Origin: a virus
Taxonomy: Duplodnaviria > Caudoviricetes
Length of the DNA stretch: 54,686 nucleotides
Virus record (IMG/VR): IMGVR_UViG_3300020469_000060
Coordinates: 1 to 54,686 of that record
Reading direction: 5' to 3' (one strand)
A model generated the notes under the pieces. The model did not search any database. It worked only from the letters and a program-made list of their open reading frames with translations, and was not told the origin of the DNA. Position numbers and translations under genes: made by a program. Below, piece by piece: positions 9,316 to 19,055 of this stretch (the first letter of the stretch is position 1; the number at the start of each line of letters is the position of its first letter).

Positions 9316-10995
9316 CTAAATCTCTCCACCATCTGGCATTTCTGGTGCTTCAGTCGAACTTCCGTCAATATCTGGTTCCATTGGTGCTGAAATATTCTGC
9401 CCAACGGCAGGATCTTTCTCTGCAAAAGGTAGTCCAGTTGAAGGGTCAATCGTTGCTGGGTCTGGAATAATTCCCTTCTTTATTTCCTCTGCAATAAGTT
9501 TATCCTGCTCAATAATTTCCATATCAGTTTGACGCAAGATTTGACGACGAACGTAATCTTGGGAATAATACTTACCAACATATGGTTCAGCAGTTTGCAT
9601 CAAATTCAATCTTTCATTCATCAACTCAGTTTCTTTGAGTTCTGAGAAATGATTATCATATAAGAAATCATACTGAATATGCTCACTCATTTTATTCCAG
9701 TCTTCTGGAGTGACAATGTTCTTCAAAAGAAGTTGAGTTTTGAGCATATCATTGAACATATTTGAGAATCTTTTTCTCAAACGTCCAACAAACTTAGTAA
9801 ACTTCAGTTCGTCTCTAAGAATTTCAGATGATCTACCAAGATTAAATCCACCTTCACCATCCATTCTAGATGGGGGAACATTGAGTGCTCTAAACAATTT
9901 CTTTTTAAAATACTCAATATCTGTAATTTCTCCTAGGTTTTGTCCACCAGGTAATGTAGAAATTTCTGTTCCTCTACCACCTTCACGACGAGGCAACCAG
10001 AAATCCTCAAGCATTGACATATACTTTTTATCGTCACGAACTTCACCAGTCTGTGCATCATACACAAGTTTGTTACGATATCTCTGCATAACATCACGCA
10101 GATATTGTTCTGCCTTAACCTTAGGCAAGTTACCAACATCAATATAGAAAATACGACGCTCAGGTGCTCTGCTTAAACGGTAGATGACCAAGGCATCCTC
10201 AATCATTCTTAACTGGTTGAGTGCCTTGATTGATTTGTGAAGATATGAAAGTGTGATTCCTTTATTTCTATCTACAAGACCAGAGGTGCAGTAAGTAATA
10301 GCATCTTTTGCTATCTTAATTCCTTGACTTCCTCCACTTTGGATTGCTGAAGTATTTCCTGCAGAATTTCCTGATTTGGGATTATAGATAAAGAACTCTT
10401 CAATCTCAGGAAAATCATACTCCATAGGATCTTTCAATCCTCTAAGTTGATTATTGAGAGTTTGTGTTTCTCCAGGTTTTTTCTTTTGCTGTCGGAGATA
10501 ACGCATTTTCATTGCGTCAATATATCTCAATTCTTTAATCCCTTCTTGGGGATTTTTCATATCGATAATTTTATGATAGTAAATACGACCATCAACATAC
10601 CAGTTTCTATAGATTTCATGAGACTTTTTATCAAAGTCTAAAAGATCTAAAATATGCTTAAATTCTTTTCTAATCTTTGTTTTAATACCATCACTAGCAT
10701 TAAGATTTGAGAGTTCAATCTCTACAGGACTATCATTAGTATCCGAAACAATTGCTTCGTTTACAATATCTTCAATTGCACTATCTACTTCAGGATGAAG
10801 AGACATTTCACGATATCGTTTGATTAAATCAAACTCACTTCTGAATACACCTTCAAGATCTACGTAGCTACCAAAAAAACCACTAGTCGCATAGTGATCA
10901 ACCGAATCCTCATTGTTAGGGGGAACGGGTGATACTGCACTTTGCGGTAGTGGTTCGGAATTCTCAATTGAGAATCCAAATAACTTTGACGACAT
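9316..10995 (-). CDS. gp20: Portal vertex protein gp20
   Basis: YREM..HPEVD.AIEDIVNEAI, WYVDGR, RAPERRIFYIDVGNLPK.KAEQY and EDFWLPRREGGRGTEI.TLPGG motifs. Confidence 0.99.
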   Translation of the reverse strand: MSSKLFGFSIENSEPLPQSAVSPVPPNNEDSVDHYATSGFFGSYVDLEGVFRSEFDLIKRYREMSLHPEVDSAIEDIVNEAIVSDTNDSPVEIELSNLNASDGIKTKIRKEFKHILDLLDFDKKSHEIYRNWYVDGRIYYHKIIDMKNPQEGIKELRYIDAMKMRYLRQQKKKPGETQTLNNQLRGLKDPMEYDFPEIEEFFIYNPKSGNSAGNTSAIQSGGSQGIKIAKDAITYCTSGLVDRNKGITLSYLHKSIKALNQLRMIEDALVIYRLSRAPERRIFYIDVGNLPKVKAEQYLRDVMQRYRNKLVYDAQTGEVRDDKKYMSMLEDFWLPRREGGRGTEISTLPGGQNLGEITDIEYFKKKLFRALNVPPSRMDGEGGFNLGRSSEILRDELKFTKFVGRLRKRFSNMFNDMLKTQLLLKNIVTPEDWNKMSEHIQYDFLYDNHFSELKETELMNERLNLMQTAEPYVGKYYSQDYVRRQILRQTDMEIIEQDKLIAEEIKKGIIPDPATIDPSTGLPFAEKDPAVGQNISAPMEPDIDGSSTEAPEMPDGGEI

Positions 10996-11005
10996 AATGA
11001 TTTAT

Positions 11006-11044
11006 GGTTTAGTCCTTTCAATATATTTATGAAAGGACCAAACC
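11006..11044 (-). promoter_or_regulatory. Long hairpin with a late promoter (CATAAATA) at its loop, upstream of gp20
   Basis: Minus strand GGTTTGGTCCTTTCA-TAAATATAT-TGAAAGGACTAAACC forms a 15-bp stem with one G-U pair. Confidence 0.75.
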
Positions 11045-11057
11045 TAAGATATTGCGA

Positions 11058-11651
11058 TTATTCTTCGGGTTCTGATAATTGTCCTCTATTCCAAGAATTG
11101 ACTTGGAATTCTACAGTAAACTCTTCAATCTGATCACCATTGTCATAAGACAAGTCAATCTGAGAAACATTAGTTGGGAAAATATCAATAAAGTTATACT
11201 GTGCAAGTACAACATTATTGTTACCGGAATTGTCTTGACTTGACATTTCCTTACCCCTACCAAGTTGATAAACGGTAGCGTTGGACATATATGCTGCTGG
11301 TAGTGTAGCACCGATGTTATTGGCAAGTCTTGCCATATGCTCTACCCATGCTTCAAATGCATATCTGAGACCAAAGTTTTCATCGTTGATAACTGTTACA
11401 GTCCAGGTATCAACAGTTCTATCACCAGCAACTTTGAAGATGCGTCCTCTAAAAGGAACATCAATCTGTGCAATATTGGAAGCAGGAAGTGCTGCCGACT
11501 TACACATAAACTGGAACGTATCAGCATCCCATGCCGCTGCAATTGCATCGGGGAAAGTCGTTAATTCGACCTCAAACAGATTGGGGCGTGCGCCGCCACC
11601 AATCAGTCTGGATTTAAAAGCGGATAAGCTTTTGTTTGATCTTGTAGCCAT
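11058..11651 (-). CDS. gp19: Tail tube protein gp19
   Basis: GGGARPNLFEV, FMCK.A.LP.S, VPFRGR..K.AGDRT.D.WTVTV.ND and IEEFTVEFQV motifs. Confidence 0.97.
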   Translation of the reverse strand: MATRSNKSLSAFKSRLIGGGARPNLFEVELTTFPDAIAAAWDADTFQFMCKSAALPASNIAQIDVPFRGRIFKVAGDRTVDTWTVTVINDENFGLRYAFEAWVEHMARLANNIGATLPAAYMSNATVYQLGRGKEMSSQDNSGNNNVVLAQYNFIDIFPTNVSQIDLSYDNGDQIEEFTVEFQVNSWNRGQLSEPEE

Positions 11652-11671
11652 TGTTTTACTTCTCCTTTAGG

Positions 11672-11679
11672 TATTTATG
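11672..11679 (-). promoter_or_regulatory. Late promoter CATAAATA for gp19
   Basis: NATAAATA followed by an AAGGAG Shine-Dalgarno. Confidence 0.75.
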
Positions 11680-11689
11680 TTATAGATTA

Positions 11690-13909
11690 TCAAACTCTAC
11701 CTGCTACTTCTTCAAAACTAATACCCGTGCGTGTAGCAACGAATGTTAGAGTGACGTAGTTAATAGACTTGGCAGGTTTCAGGTAGATATCTGCTCTAAA
11801 CTCATTGTTATCAATGATATCAGGAGTGTTGTTGGTTTCATCGCAAATAACGAGGAATCCAAAGAGACCTCTCTTCGCTTCAACATCACGGAGATAAGGT
11901 TCAACAATGTTTCTAAAGTTCGCTCTTGTTAACTCATCGTTGAGTTCAAAGAGTTGTGCGTTTGCTGCACTCTCAAGTGCTTGTTCAATAGTAAGGAACA
12001 AACGACGAACGTTAATTCTGTCAAATGCAGATGCATAGGACAACGCGGTCTTATCTCCGAAGAGATATGTTCCTGTTCCAGCCTGGGTTACAAAGGAGTT
12101 GATTCTGTTAGGATACAGTTTGTCTCTTTGTGCCTTGGATGGATTATATGCAAGTTTGATTGCATTATTCAATGTACCTCTTGCTTGTCCTGCAGGTGAG
12201 AACCATGGGAAAGCGACAATGTTTGTACGGGTCATCATACCAGCAACATCAGCGTTGCAAGGTACATATCGGAACTTGTTATTAAAGCGGTCGTACATAT
12301 ACTTATAACCACTATCAAATGCGGCATAAGATGACGAAGTTAATGGACTAAAATACTCAATCAGATTATCTGTCTGGGTTGTTGTGTTGGATTGACCAAC
12401 CAAATCTGCTCTATGAGGACCAATCAATGCCATACAATCTTTTCTTTCTTCTGCAAGAGAGATTAGATAGTTTGCTTTTGCTTGAGACTCTTCTTTAGAA
12501 GAAAGACCTGGACCCATGATTAGATAATCAACCTGGACTTCATCCTTATTCTGAAGATATGAATATGCAGTTTGAAGATCACCCAGTGTAGCAGTCATTC
12601 CGCCACTTGCACCGTAGTCTGCACCACCTTTCAGTGAGTAAGATACATTACCGATTGCGGAGAAAGTTACGCCTTGCGCTGCTTGTCCCCACGTTCCACT
12701 ACCTGTAGATACTGCTGTGAAAGAAGCAGATTTATCTCCAGTATAAGCACTGAAACCAGTTGCTCTTGGTTCTGTTCCGTGGAAAGCATCTACTGCTGCT
12801 GATGGACTCTTACCTGCATATACGTTAGCAGAGAAGTCAGCAACATAATCTTTATAGTAAATTTTCTGTGGAGAATTTACAGAAGAAATAGTATCAAGTG
12901 CCTTAGAAAGACCAATGTGCTTCTCAAGAATATTGCCTTGGATGCCAGTTACAAGACCTTTATCATCTACAACTACGACATGAATGCCGTCGCCATATCC
13001 TGCTCTTGTGGATGCAAAGTTATTTGCAATTGGTTTTGGTGCAATAGACTTCCAGAAAACTGTTGAATTAGTTAATCCAAGAGTTTGCTGATCATACCAG
13101 TCAACTGCACTAGTAACGAGAGTGTTTGTAATTGTTCCAACGCCAACACCTGAAGAGTTTGTAAACTCTAAATCAGCAGTTGTCTTGAACTCCCCATAAG
13201 CAGTTCCTTCTTGATAAGAAACTCTACTTTCAGTTGCTCCACCACCAACGGTGTGAACGCGAGAAACAATCTTAACGTCAAAACTACTTGCTCCGGTCGC
13301 AGATGTCGTAACGCCGGTAACAATACCTTTGAGGTATCCAGTAAATGTGCTTGTAGATCCTGAACCAGGAACGGTTACTCCATTAAGAGATGCAGTAACA
13401 CCAAGACCAATAGTAACTCCTGCGGTAGAAGGACTTGTGGTGTTGATTCCTATAACTTGATCTGCCAGGTCATCAATAACACAAACTTTAAGATCATTTG
13501 CCCATGTACCTGGGTTCTTAGCAGCCCAAGTAAAATCTGCTGCGCTGGTGTGGTTCTCCGAATAATCGTCGTAGTTGTCTACATTGAGGCTAGTAGTATT
13601 AGCAATACCAACACCTGCGTTAGCATTGTTTAAATTACTGCCACCTGCTCTTACAACTTTAAGAACGCCGCCATACGAAAGGTAGGAAGAAGCAGACATC
13701 CAATACTCATATTGAGCATCATTGTTGGATGGTTTACCGAATACATCGATAAGTGCTTGCTCACTATCAACTTGAATACACTCATTTACAGGACCGATCG
13801 CGAAAGGACCCGCAATTGCTCCAATATTATCTAAAACATTATCAACTCTACCCTTGGTTAAGTCAACTTCTCTGACGAGTACGCCTGGAGATAATTGAGG
13901 AGTCGCCAT
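11690..13909 (-). CDS. gp18: Tail sheath protein gp18
   Basis: LSPGV.VRE.DLT, PWFSPAG..RG, QRD.LY..RIN, FDRINVRRLF and KPAKSIN...L.FVATRTG..FEE motifs. Confidence 0.98.
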   Translation of the reverse strand: MATPQLSPGVLVREVDLTKGRVDNVLDNIGAIAGPFAIGPVNECIQVDSEQALIDVFGKPSNNDAQYEYWMSASSYLSYGGVLKVVRAGGSNLNNANAGVGIANTTSLNVDNYDDYSENHTSAADFTWAAKNPGTWANDLKVCVIDDLADQVIGINTTSPSTAGVTIGLGVTASLNGVTVPGSGSTSTFTGYLKGIVTGVTTSATGASSFDVKIVSRVHTVGGGATESRVSYQEGTAYGEFKTTADLEFTNSSGVGVGTITNTLVTSAVDWYDQQTLGLTNSTVFWKSIAPKPIANNFASTRAGYGDGIHVVVVDDKGLVTGIQGNILEKHIGLSKALDTISSVNSPQKIYYKDYVADFSANVYAGKSPSAAVDAFHGTEPRATGFSAYTGDKSASFTAVSTGSGTWGQAAQGVTFSAIGNVSYSLKGGADYGASGGMTATLGDLQTAYSYLQNKDEVQVDYLIMGPGLSSKEESQAKANYLISLAEERKDCMALIGPHRADLVGQSNTTTQTDNLIEYFSPLTSSSYAAFDSGYKYMYDRFNNKFRYVPCNADVAGMMTRTNIVAFPWFSPAGQARGTLNNAIKLAYNPSKAQRDKLYPNRINSFVTQAGTGTYLFGDKTALSYASAFDRINVRRLFLTIEQALESAANAQLFELNDELTRANFRNIVEPYLRDVEAKRGLFGFLVICDETNNTPDIIDNNEFRADIYLKPAKSINYVTLTFVATRTGISFEEVAGRV

Positions 13910-13942
13910 TTTTTTCTCCGTAAATCTCAGTTTATCTGAAAA

Positions 13943-13950
13943 TATTTATT
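13943..13950 (-). promoter_or_regulatory. Late promoter AATAAATA for gp18
   Basis: NATAAATA upstream of a GGAG Shine-Dalgarno. Confidence 0.75.
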
Positions 13951-13986
13951 AAAAAGTATATCTTCAGTGGGGAAACGTGGCGTGAA

Positions 13987-14238
13987 CTACCAGTCTGGAT
14001 AAACGTCTTTAATTCTAGAAACCGGGTTATACTTATCTTTTCTATTATCAGTAATTCTCTTTATAGTACATTCTTTACATTCATAAGAATATGAAGATGC
14101 TACTGGTCCTCTATTTTTTCTTGTCCTGTAAAATCCTTCTACTAAATTTTTTGTTTCTCCGCAAATTCTACATTTCCTATCATTGAGAAGCAAATGTCCT
14201 AATTTTATCTGCTTATCAAATTCCATCAGTATCTCCAC
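13987..14238 (-). CDS. Small Zn-finger protein (CxxC...CxxC)
   Basis: RKCRICGETK....FY ... YECKEC. Likely start is the ATG at 14226 overlapping the terL stop. Confidence 0.8.
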   Translation of the reverse strand: MEILMEFDKQIKLGHLLLNDRKCRICGETKNLVEGFYRTRKNRGPVASSYSYECKECTIKRITDNRKDKYNPVSRIKDVYPDW

Positions 14239-15881
14239 ATATAATCCATACCACCAGCAGTGTCTCCATATTCATCTGCCTTAAACCATCTATCACCATC
14301 ACCATCAGTAAAACTATCGTCTCCCATACCATCATCCATAAATCCAAATGGTGCCATATCCTGTTCTATTTGATTTTTTTGTTCTTCATATAATCTCTTA
14401 CGAATATCTTGGTCAGTTAGTTCTTTAAAGTAATCTTGTGCTACCAACCAGGCATAGATAACCAAACACATTGCAAGGTCATCATTACAACCTTCCTCTG
14501 CTTCAAATGAATTATGTTTTGAAATAAAGGTTGTCAGTTCTGAAATAATCTCATAATCATTAAAAATAAGTTTATCTTCTTCAATCAAAGTTTTAAGATT
14601 TAATGACCCAACTTTCTTCACAGTCTTGGACATCTTCACACCCAACTGAGTTTTTTTACCAGAAAATCCTTGCCCTACAATTTGCCCTGCTCTGCCTCTC
14701 ATAGAACACATAAGTAAGTTTTGATACTCAAGATCATATTGTAAGATAGACGCTACCTGGTCTCCAATATCGTTGACCTCACAAAGTATAAATGCGCTAT
14801 TATAGTTTTTTGCTACCTCATAAATTATATTTGGAAATAGCATAGGTTTGATATCGTTATTTCTATACTTTGCTACAATCCTATGAGGAAACTCTGTGAT
14901 GTCAACACATACAAATGCAGAGTAGTCTGCTCCAACTCCTCTAGCAACGTCAACCGTCATTATATAATCGTGATTCTCTTTTGGTGGTTCGTATATGTCT
15001 AATCCAGCATTTTGTTTAATTGGAGACTCATATACCATACTCCTTAATTTACTAGGAGCAATTAAAGTATCAACAGAACCTAAAAACTCACATTCAAACT
15101 CAACCTTGAACTGTTGTTCTGAAGTGTTAGCAATAGTTTGTTCTTTCCAAGCAGAATCTCTACCAGGTACTTCCGACCAGTGAACATCTGTAGGAACATA
15201 TTCATTCTTCTTTTTCTCCGCATCATGCCACATACGGTAGAAGTGATTCATACCGTGAGGAGTTGAAACAATAATTACCTTGGTGCTTTTACCAGAAGTA
15301 ATAGTAGGATAAACAGAGGCAAAGAACGAGTCAGCAATATGGTTTGGGACGAACGCGAACTCGTCGAGAAAGAGGATGTTAAATGACATACCTCGGACAG
15401 CACTTGCAGACGTAGATGATGCCAATATTTTACTACCATTTTCTAACTCCAATGAACCTCTATTCCAAGCTATAATACCCTGCTGCATCCATTTTGGTAA
15501 GTTCTCGTATGCAGTTTGTAACCTTCCTAAAAGTTCTCTAGCAGTTGCTGCTTTGTTTGCTAGGATACCAATATTAACACTGTCATTAAATACTGCATAA
15601 TGCAGCAAAAAAGATACCACAGTAGTAGACTTACCAGTCTGTCGTGGCATCTTACAGATATTAAATCTACTATTATGGAAGTTGTTAATTAACTTCTCTT
15701 GAAAATCATAAGGTAAGAACGGTTGAAGACCCGCATCCAAGGTCACAATTTTTACATACTTTTTAGTAAAATAGACTGGATCTTGTTTACATTTAATAAA
15801 TTCTTGAACTTGTTCAGGGGTAAACTCAATGGGAGTATTTGCCTTCTTTAGAAGGGGATTACCAAGATATACGTCACTCAT
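14226..15881 (-). CDS. gp17: Terminase large subunit gp17
   Basis: YLGNP.LK, Walker A RQTGKST, Walker B LFLDEFAF, STP.G.NHFY, DVARG.G.DYS and DDL.M motifs. Confidence 0.98.
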   Translation of the reverse strand: MSDVYLGNPLLKKANTPIEFTPEQVQEFIKCKQDPVYFTKKYVKIVTLDAGLQPFLPYDFQEKLINNFHNSRFNICKMPRQTGKSTTVVSFLLHYAVFNDSVNIGILANKAATARELLGRLQTAYENLPKWMQQGIIAWNRGSLELENGSKILASSTSASAVRGMSFNILFLDEFAFVPNHIADSFFASVYPTITSGKSTKVIIVSTPHGMNHFYRMWHDAEKKKNEYVPTDVHWSEVPGRDSAWKEQTIANTSEQQFKVEFECEFLGSVDTLIAPSKLRSMVYESPIKQNAGLDIYEPPKENHDYIMTVDVARGVGADYSAFVCVDITEFPHRIVAKYRNNDIKPMLFPNIIYEVAKNYNSAFILCEVNDIGDQVASILQYDLEYQNLLMCSMRGRAGQIVGQGFSGKKTQLGVKMSKTVKKVGSLNLKTLIEEDKLIFNDYEIISELTTFISKHNSFEAEEGCNDDLAMCLVIYAWLVAQDYFKELTDQDIRKRLYEEQKNQIEQDMAPFGFMDDGMGDDSFTDGDGDRWFKADEYGDTAGGMDYMWRY

Positions 15882-15888
15882 AAATTAA

Positions 15889-17565
15889 TCAGCAATTCCA
15901 AGCTCTAAGGGACTTATTAATTCTGCTATCGGGATCGTTAGCAGTTTTGGAAGAAGTCATTTTCTTCTTCATACCTTTCATCCTCGCACAAAAAGACGCT
16001 CTCCTAGGGTTTCCAACTTTTTTTGAAGGTGCCTTAAGATCGCTTCCTGGGTTTTCGCGTTCATACGACTTCCTGCCTTTTTCATTCAATCCTCCTGATT
16101 GATTTTTACCAGACTTCTTAGTCCAGGCAGCACCTTCGGAAACATATAAGAAAGTTTCACCCGGTTCTCTTTCAACAATCCTAAAATACGTAACTCTGCA
16201 TCCTGGATATACTTTTTCGAGTTCTGCCTGTACTTCAGATCTTTTGGGCATTCTGACCTGAGGAAAAAACATTTTCATTCCATAAGTTCTTCCTTTCCAG
16301 GTCAACATTACGTGAATGAGATTGCCTGTCTCCGCATTTACTCTAGTCGCTTCTTCTAATTCGTATGTGTCATAATCTACAGCAGAGGCGACAACTTGAA
16401 TTGGTTCAGGTTTAATTAAGTCATGAACAACTGCAAAAGTTTCGCCATATGCATCAGTCAATTCTATTTCTTCTTTCTTTGTTTTATTACCCCAGTTAGC
16501 AGCACCCTTCTTACGACACTTAACTAATGCACCTGATGCATATGCAGAAGGCCATACGGAATAACGAGACTTCACCTTATGGTAACAAGCATCTTTCTTC
16601 CCTTCATCAACCACAATTAGTTCTACTTCTTCTTTCTTTGTCTTTTTCACACAGTTTGGATATCTTTTTCCAAACATAGTTTTCATACCTTTCTTTTCAT
16701 ATCCTTTCCAACATGCTTCATCAACATAATCTTCAGAAACACCAGATTTTCTGAGTCTCTTTGCCTGACTCTTATGCATCTCAACAGCTTTATCAAGTTC
16801 CTTAGCAATACCTTTCACACTCTCAGGATTCTTGTGACTTTCATCAATTTCTAATTCTTCTTTTCTCAGACCTAACTTACCCAACAAAGATTTTTTCTTG
16901 GGTTTAACAGAGGCAGAACCACCTTTTTGACGCTTAGAATATTCCATATAAGACTCACCTGGTCTCAATTTCTTAGAGTCGTCTTTCTTCTTAGCAGAAG
17001 AAGATGAAGATGAAGCACGATCCTCGCGTGCTCTTTGATTTGCACCAGGACCACCTAATTTACGATCTTTCTCAGGATCGGGATGCCAATAATCACCTTC
17101 GTGGAGTGTTTCTTCTGTCTTCACGTTAATTGCTTTCCCTTTTCTATTTGGATTTGGATCTTCTGCATTCTTTCTGCGGAACGCTGCTTGTTCCTCATCT
17201 TTAGAAAGATTGCGTTTCATTTTACTTGAACCGCACTTTGGTTTGGTTGTTTGACCTGGTTGTTTTGCACAGGGTTTTCCTGAGTATTTACCACCCAACT
17301 GAACCCAACCAGGCTTGCCATCAGAAGACTTACTCTTGCCAAACCAGTCACGCAAAGAAGAATCACCACTTTTCGACTTTTCAATAATGATGTTACTGAA
17401 GTTTTTAATATCATTTTCAGAAATGCCAGATTCAACTGCTGCATCGGCAGTTTCTTTTTCGGTAGCATCATCTACACTATACTTATCGTATAGTCTTGGA
17501 CCATAAGAACATTGTCCTCTGGTTTCCTTTTTTCTACAAAGACGACAATACTTCTTTTCAGACAT
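15889..17565 (-). CDS. Lys/Arg-rich modular hypothetical protein (possible internal head polyprotein)
   Basis: 558-aa ORF of alternating basic Cys/Trp-containing modules and acidic linkers, under a late promoter. Confidence 0.85.
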   Translation of the reverse strand: MSEKKYCRLCRKKETRGQCSYGPRLYDKYSVDDATEKETADAAVESGISENDIKNFSNIIIEKSKSGDSSLRDWFGKSKSSDGKPGWVQLGGKYSGKPCAKQPGQTTKPKCGSSKMKRNLSKDEEQAAFRRKNAEDPNPNRKGKAINVKTEETLHEGDYWHPDPEKDRKLGGPGANQRAREDRASSSSSSAKKKDDSKKLRPGESYMEYSKRQKGGSASVKPKKKSLLGKLGLRKEELEIDESHKNPESVKGIAKELDKAVEMHKSQAKRLRKSGVSEDYVDEACWKGYEKKGMKTMFGKRYPNCVKKTKKEEVELIVVDEGKKDACYHKVKSRYSVWPSAYASGALVKCRKKGAANWGNKTKKEEIELTDAYGETFAVVHDLIKPEPIQVVASAVDYDTYELEEATRVNAETGNLIHVMLTWKGRTYGMKMFFPQVRMPKRSEVQAELEKVYPGCRVTYFRIVEREPGETFLYVSEGAAWTKKSGKNQSGGLNEKGRKSYERENPGSDLKAPSKKVGNPRRASFCARMKGMKKKMTSSKTANDPDSRINKSLRAWNC

Positions 17566-17588
17566 TATAGCAAGACAATGCTTTCAGT

Positions 17589-17596
17589 TATTTATG
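17589..17596 (-). promoter_or_regulatory. Late promoter CATAAATA
   Basis: Overlaps the upstream TAA. Confidence 0.7.
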
Positions 17597-19013
17597 CTCT
17601 TATTAGATTTCTATACATTTTGAATACTGTAGATGCTGTAGTTGTCGGGGTTGCAAGTATTCTTACGCTTCCAGAATTTATATCTGCTGTAAAAGATGCT
17701 AAAACTGAACCAGTATTAATTGTTCCAAATTCACTAACATAAACGTTTGTTCCATCATGAACGATATTTAAAGAAGTAACGTGATATTCTGTGCCTCTTG
17801 TTATTTGTACCTGATAACTTGCTGATCTATAATCAGTAACACTAAATGTATCTACAGCACTTTGTGAAGTTGATGTTGTTGTTGAAGTTGATGTATTAAG
17901 ATTAAGAATTACAGGACCGCCAATTTCAATACCAGATCTGGCAGTGACAATTCCAATAGAATCAACATTAGTTACGTCCTCATATGTCAATGTACCTGCA
18001 ATAGATACATTTCCAGTAAATGTTGCACTAGATGCTGTTATTACATCAACTTGAATATCAGGAGTTCCAGATAATCCTTCTGCTATAACTCCAGTTATAC
18101 TTGCTCCACTACCAACATAAGTAGAAGCACTAATTTCACCTGCTGATGATATTGTTGCTCCAGTTCCTACTGTTAAAGTATCAGTAGAACCATCAAAAAC
18201 AATTGTTGCAGTTCCAACGCTCAGAGTATCAGTTACCCTAGCATTGCCAACTACAACCATATCTTCGGTAAATGTAGTTCCAGAACCAACAGGGTCTACA
18301 ATCAACCCAGTTGCAGTTACTACACCAACATTTATTCCTTTAGTAGAAGTGTTTCCTTGTTCTAGAACACTATCTAAATCTGAAGAACCACCATCTACAC
18401 CTATCCATTTTCCCGAAGATGCTTCATACTTAAGGAACTTACCATCAACTTTTGTTGTATCTCGGTCAATATCATCTAAGAACTCAAGACGAACTTCACC
18501 ACCACCACCTTGAGCATTAACGAGATTTTTAAGATACTCTAGTTCACGACGAATTTTAATAATTTCTGGATCACTTATATTTTCTCTTATTTCTTCTTTA
18601 GACTTAATAGTCTCGAGAATTTTTAGTGCCTGATCGACTGTATCATCATCATCTTCATTATCTTCATTTTCTTCTTCGTTTTCTTCTTCTACTAAATTTT
18701 CTTCTTCTACATTTTCAATATCTTCAATTAATTCCTCTTCTACTTCCTCCGGAGGAGGAACAACTATAAGAGTGGACTCTTCAACAATTTCTTCTTCTTT
18801 TTCTTCTACTACTTCAGTATATAACCAAGACTCTAATGCTGCTATCTGTTTTTTCTGTTCTTTTTTCTTTTTATTATCTTCTTCTATGGATACTTTAACT
18901 TGAGAGAACATTGAATCAATATCAATTTCTCCTACAAGAGAACGAACTTCGTCCTCTTTATCTTTTTTTGCTTTACCTATAGCGGAAAAAAAATCTTTTA
19001 AATCAACAGTCAT
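17592..19013 (-). CDS. Hypothetical virion/fibre-like protein with acidic coiled-coil N-terminus
   Basis: Glu-rich N-terminus, GGGGEVRL.FLDD motif, G/T/S/V-rich beta region (GTLTYEDVTNVDSIGIVTARSG) and a C-terminal beta domain. Confidence 0.85.
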   Translation of the reverse strand: MTVDLKDFFSAIGKAKKDKEDEVRSLVGEIDIDSMFSQVKVSIEEDNKKKKEQKKQIAALESWLYTEVVEEKEEEIVEESTLIVVPPPEEVEEELIEDIENVEEENLVEEENEEENEDNEDDDDTVDQALKILETIKSKEEIRENISDPEIIKIRRELEYLKNLVNAQGGGGEVRLEFLDDIDRDTTKVDGKFLKYEASSGKWIGVDGGSSDLDSVLEQGNTSTKGINVGVVTATGLIVDPVGSGTTFTEDMVVVGNARVTDTLSVGTATIVFDGSTDTLTVGTGATISSAGEISASTYVGSGASITGVIAEGLSGTPDIQVDVITASSATFTGNVSIAGTLTYEDVTNVDSIGIVTARSGIEIGGPVILNLNTSTSTTTSTSQSAVDTFSVTDYRSASYQVQITRGTEYHVTSLNIVHDGTNVYVSEFGTINTGSVLASFTADINSGSVRILATPTTTASTVFKMYRNLIRA

Positions 19014-19055
19014 GGTATTTAAATGGTAATTTCAGCATTTACTGTTGTCATTTTT

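Noticed and set aside
14226-15881. Intein or intron in terL (also checked gp20, gp23 and uvsW)
   Set aside because: Lengths are normal, motifs are contiguous, and no intein splice-junction or LAGLIDADG signatures are visible.
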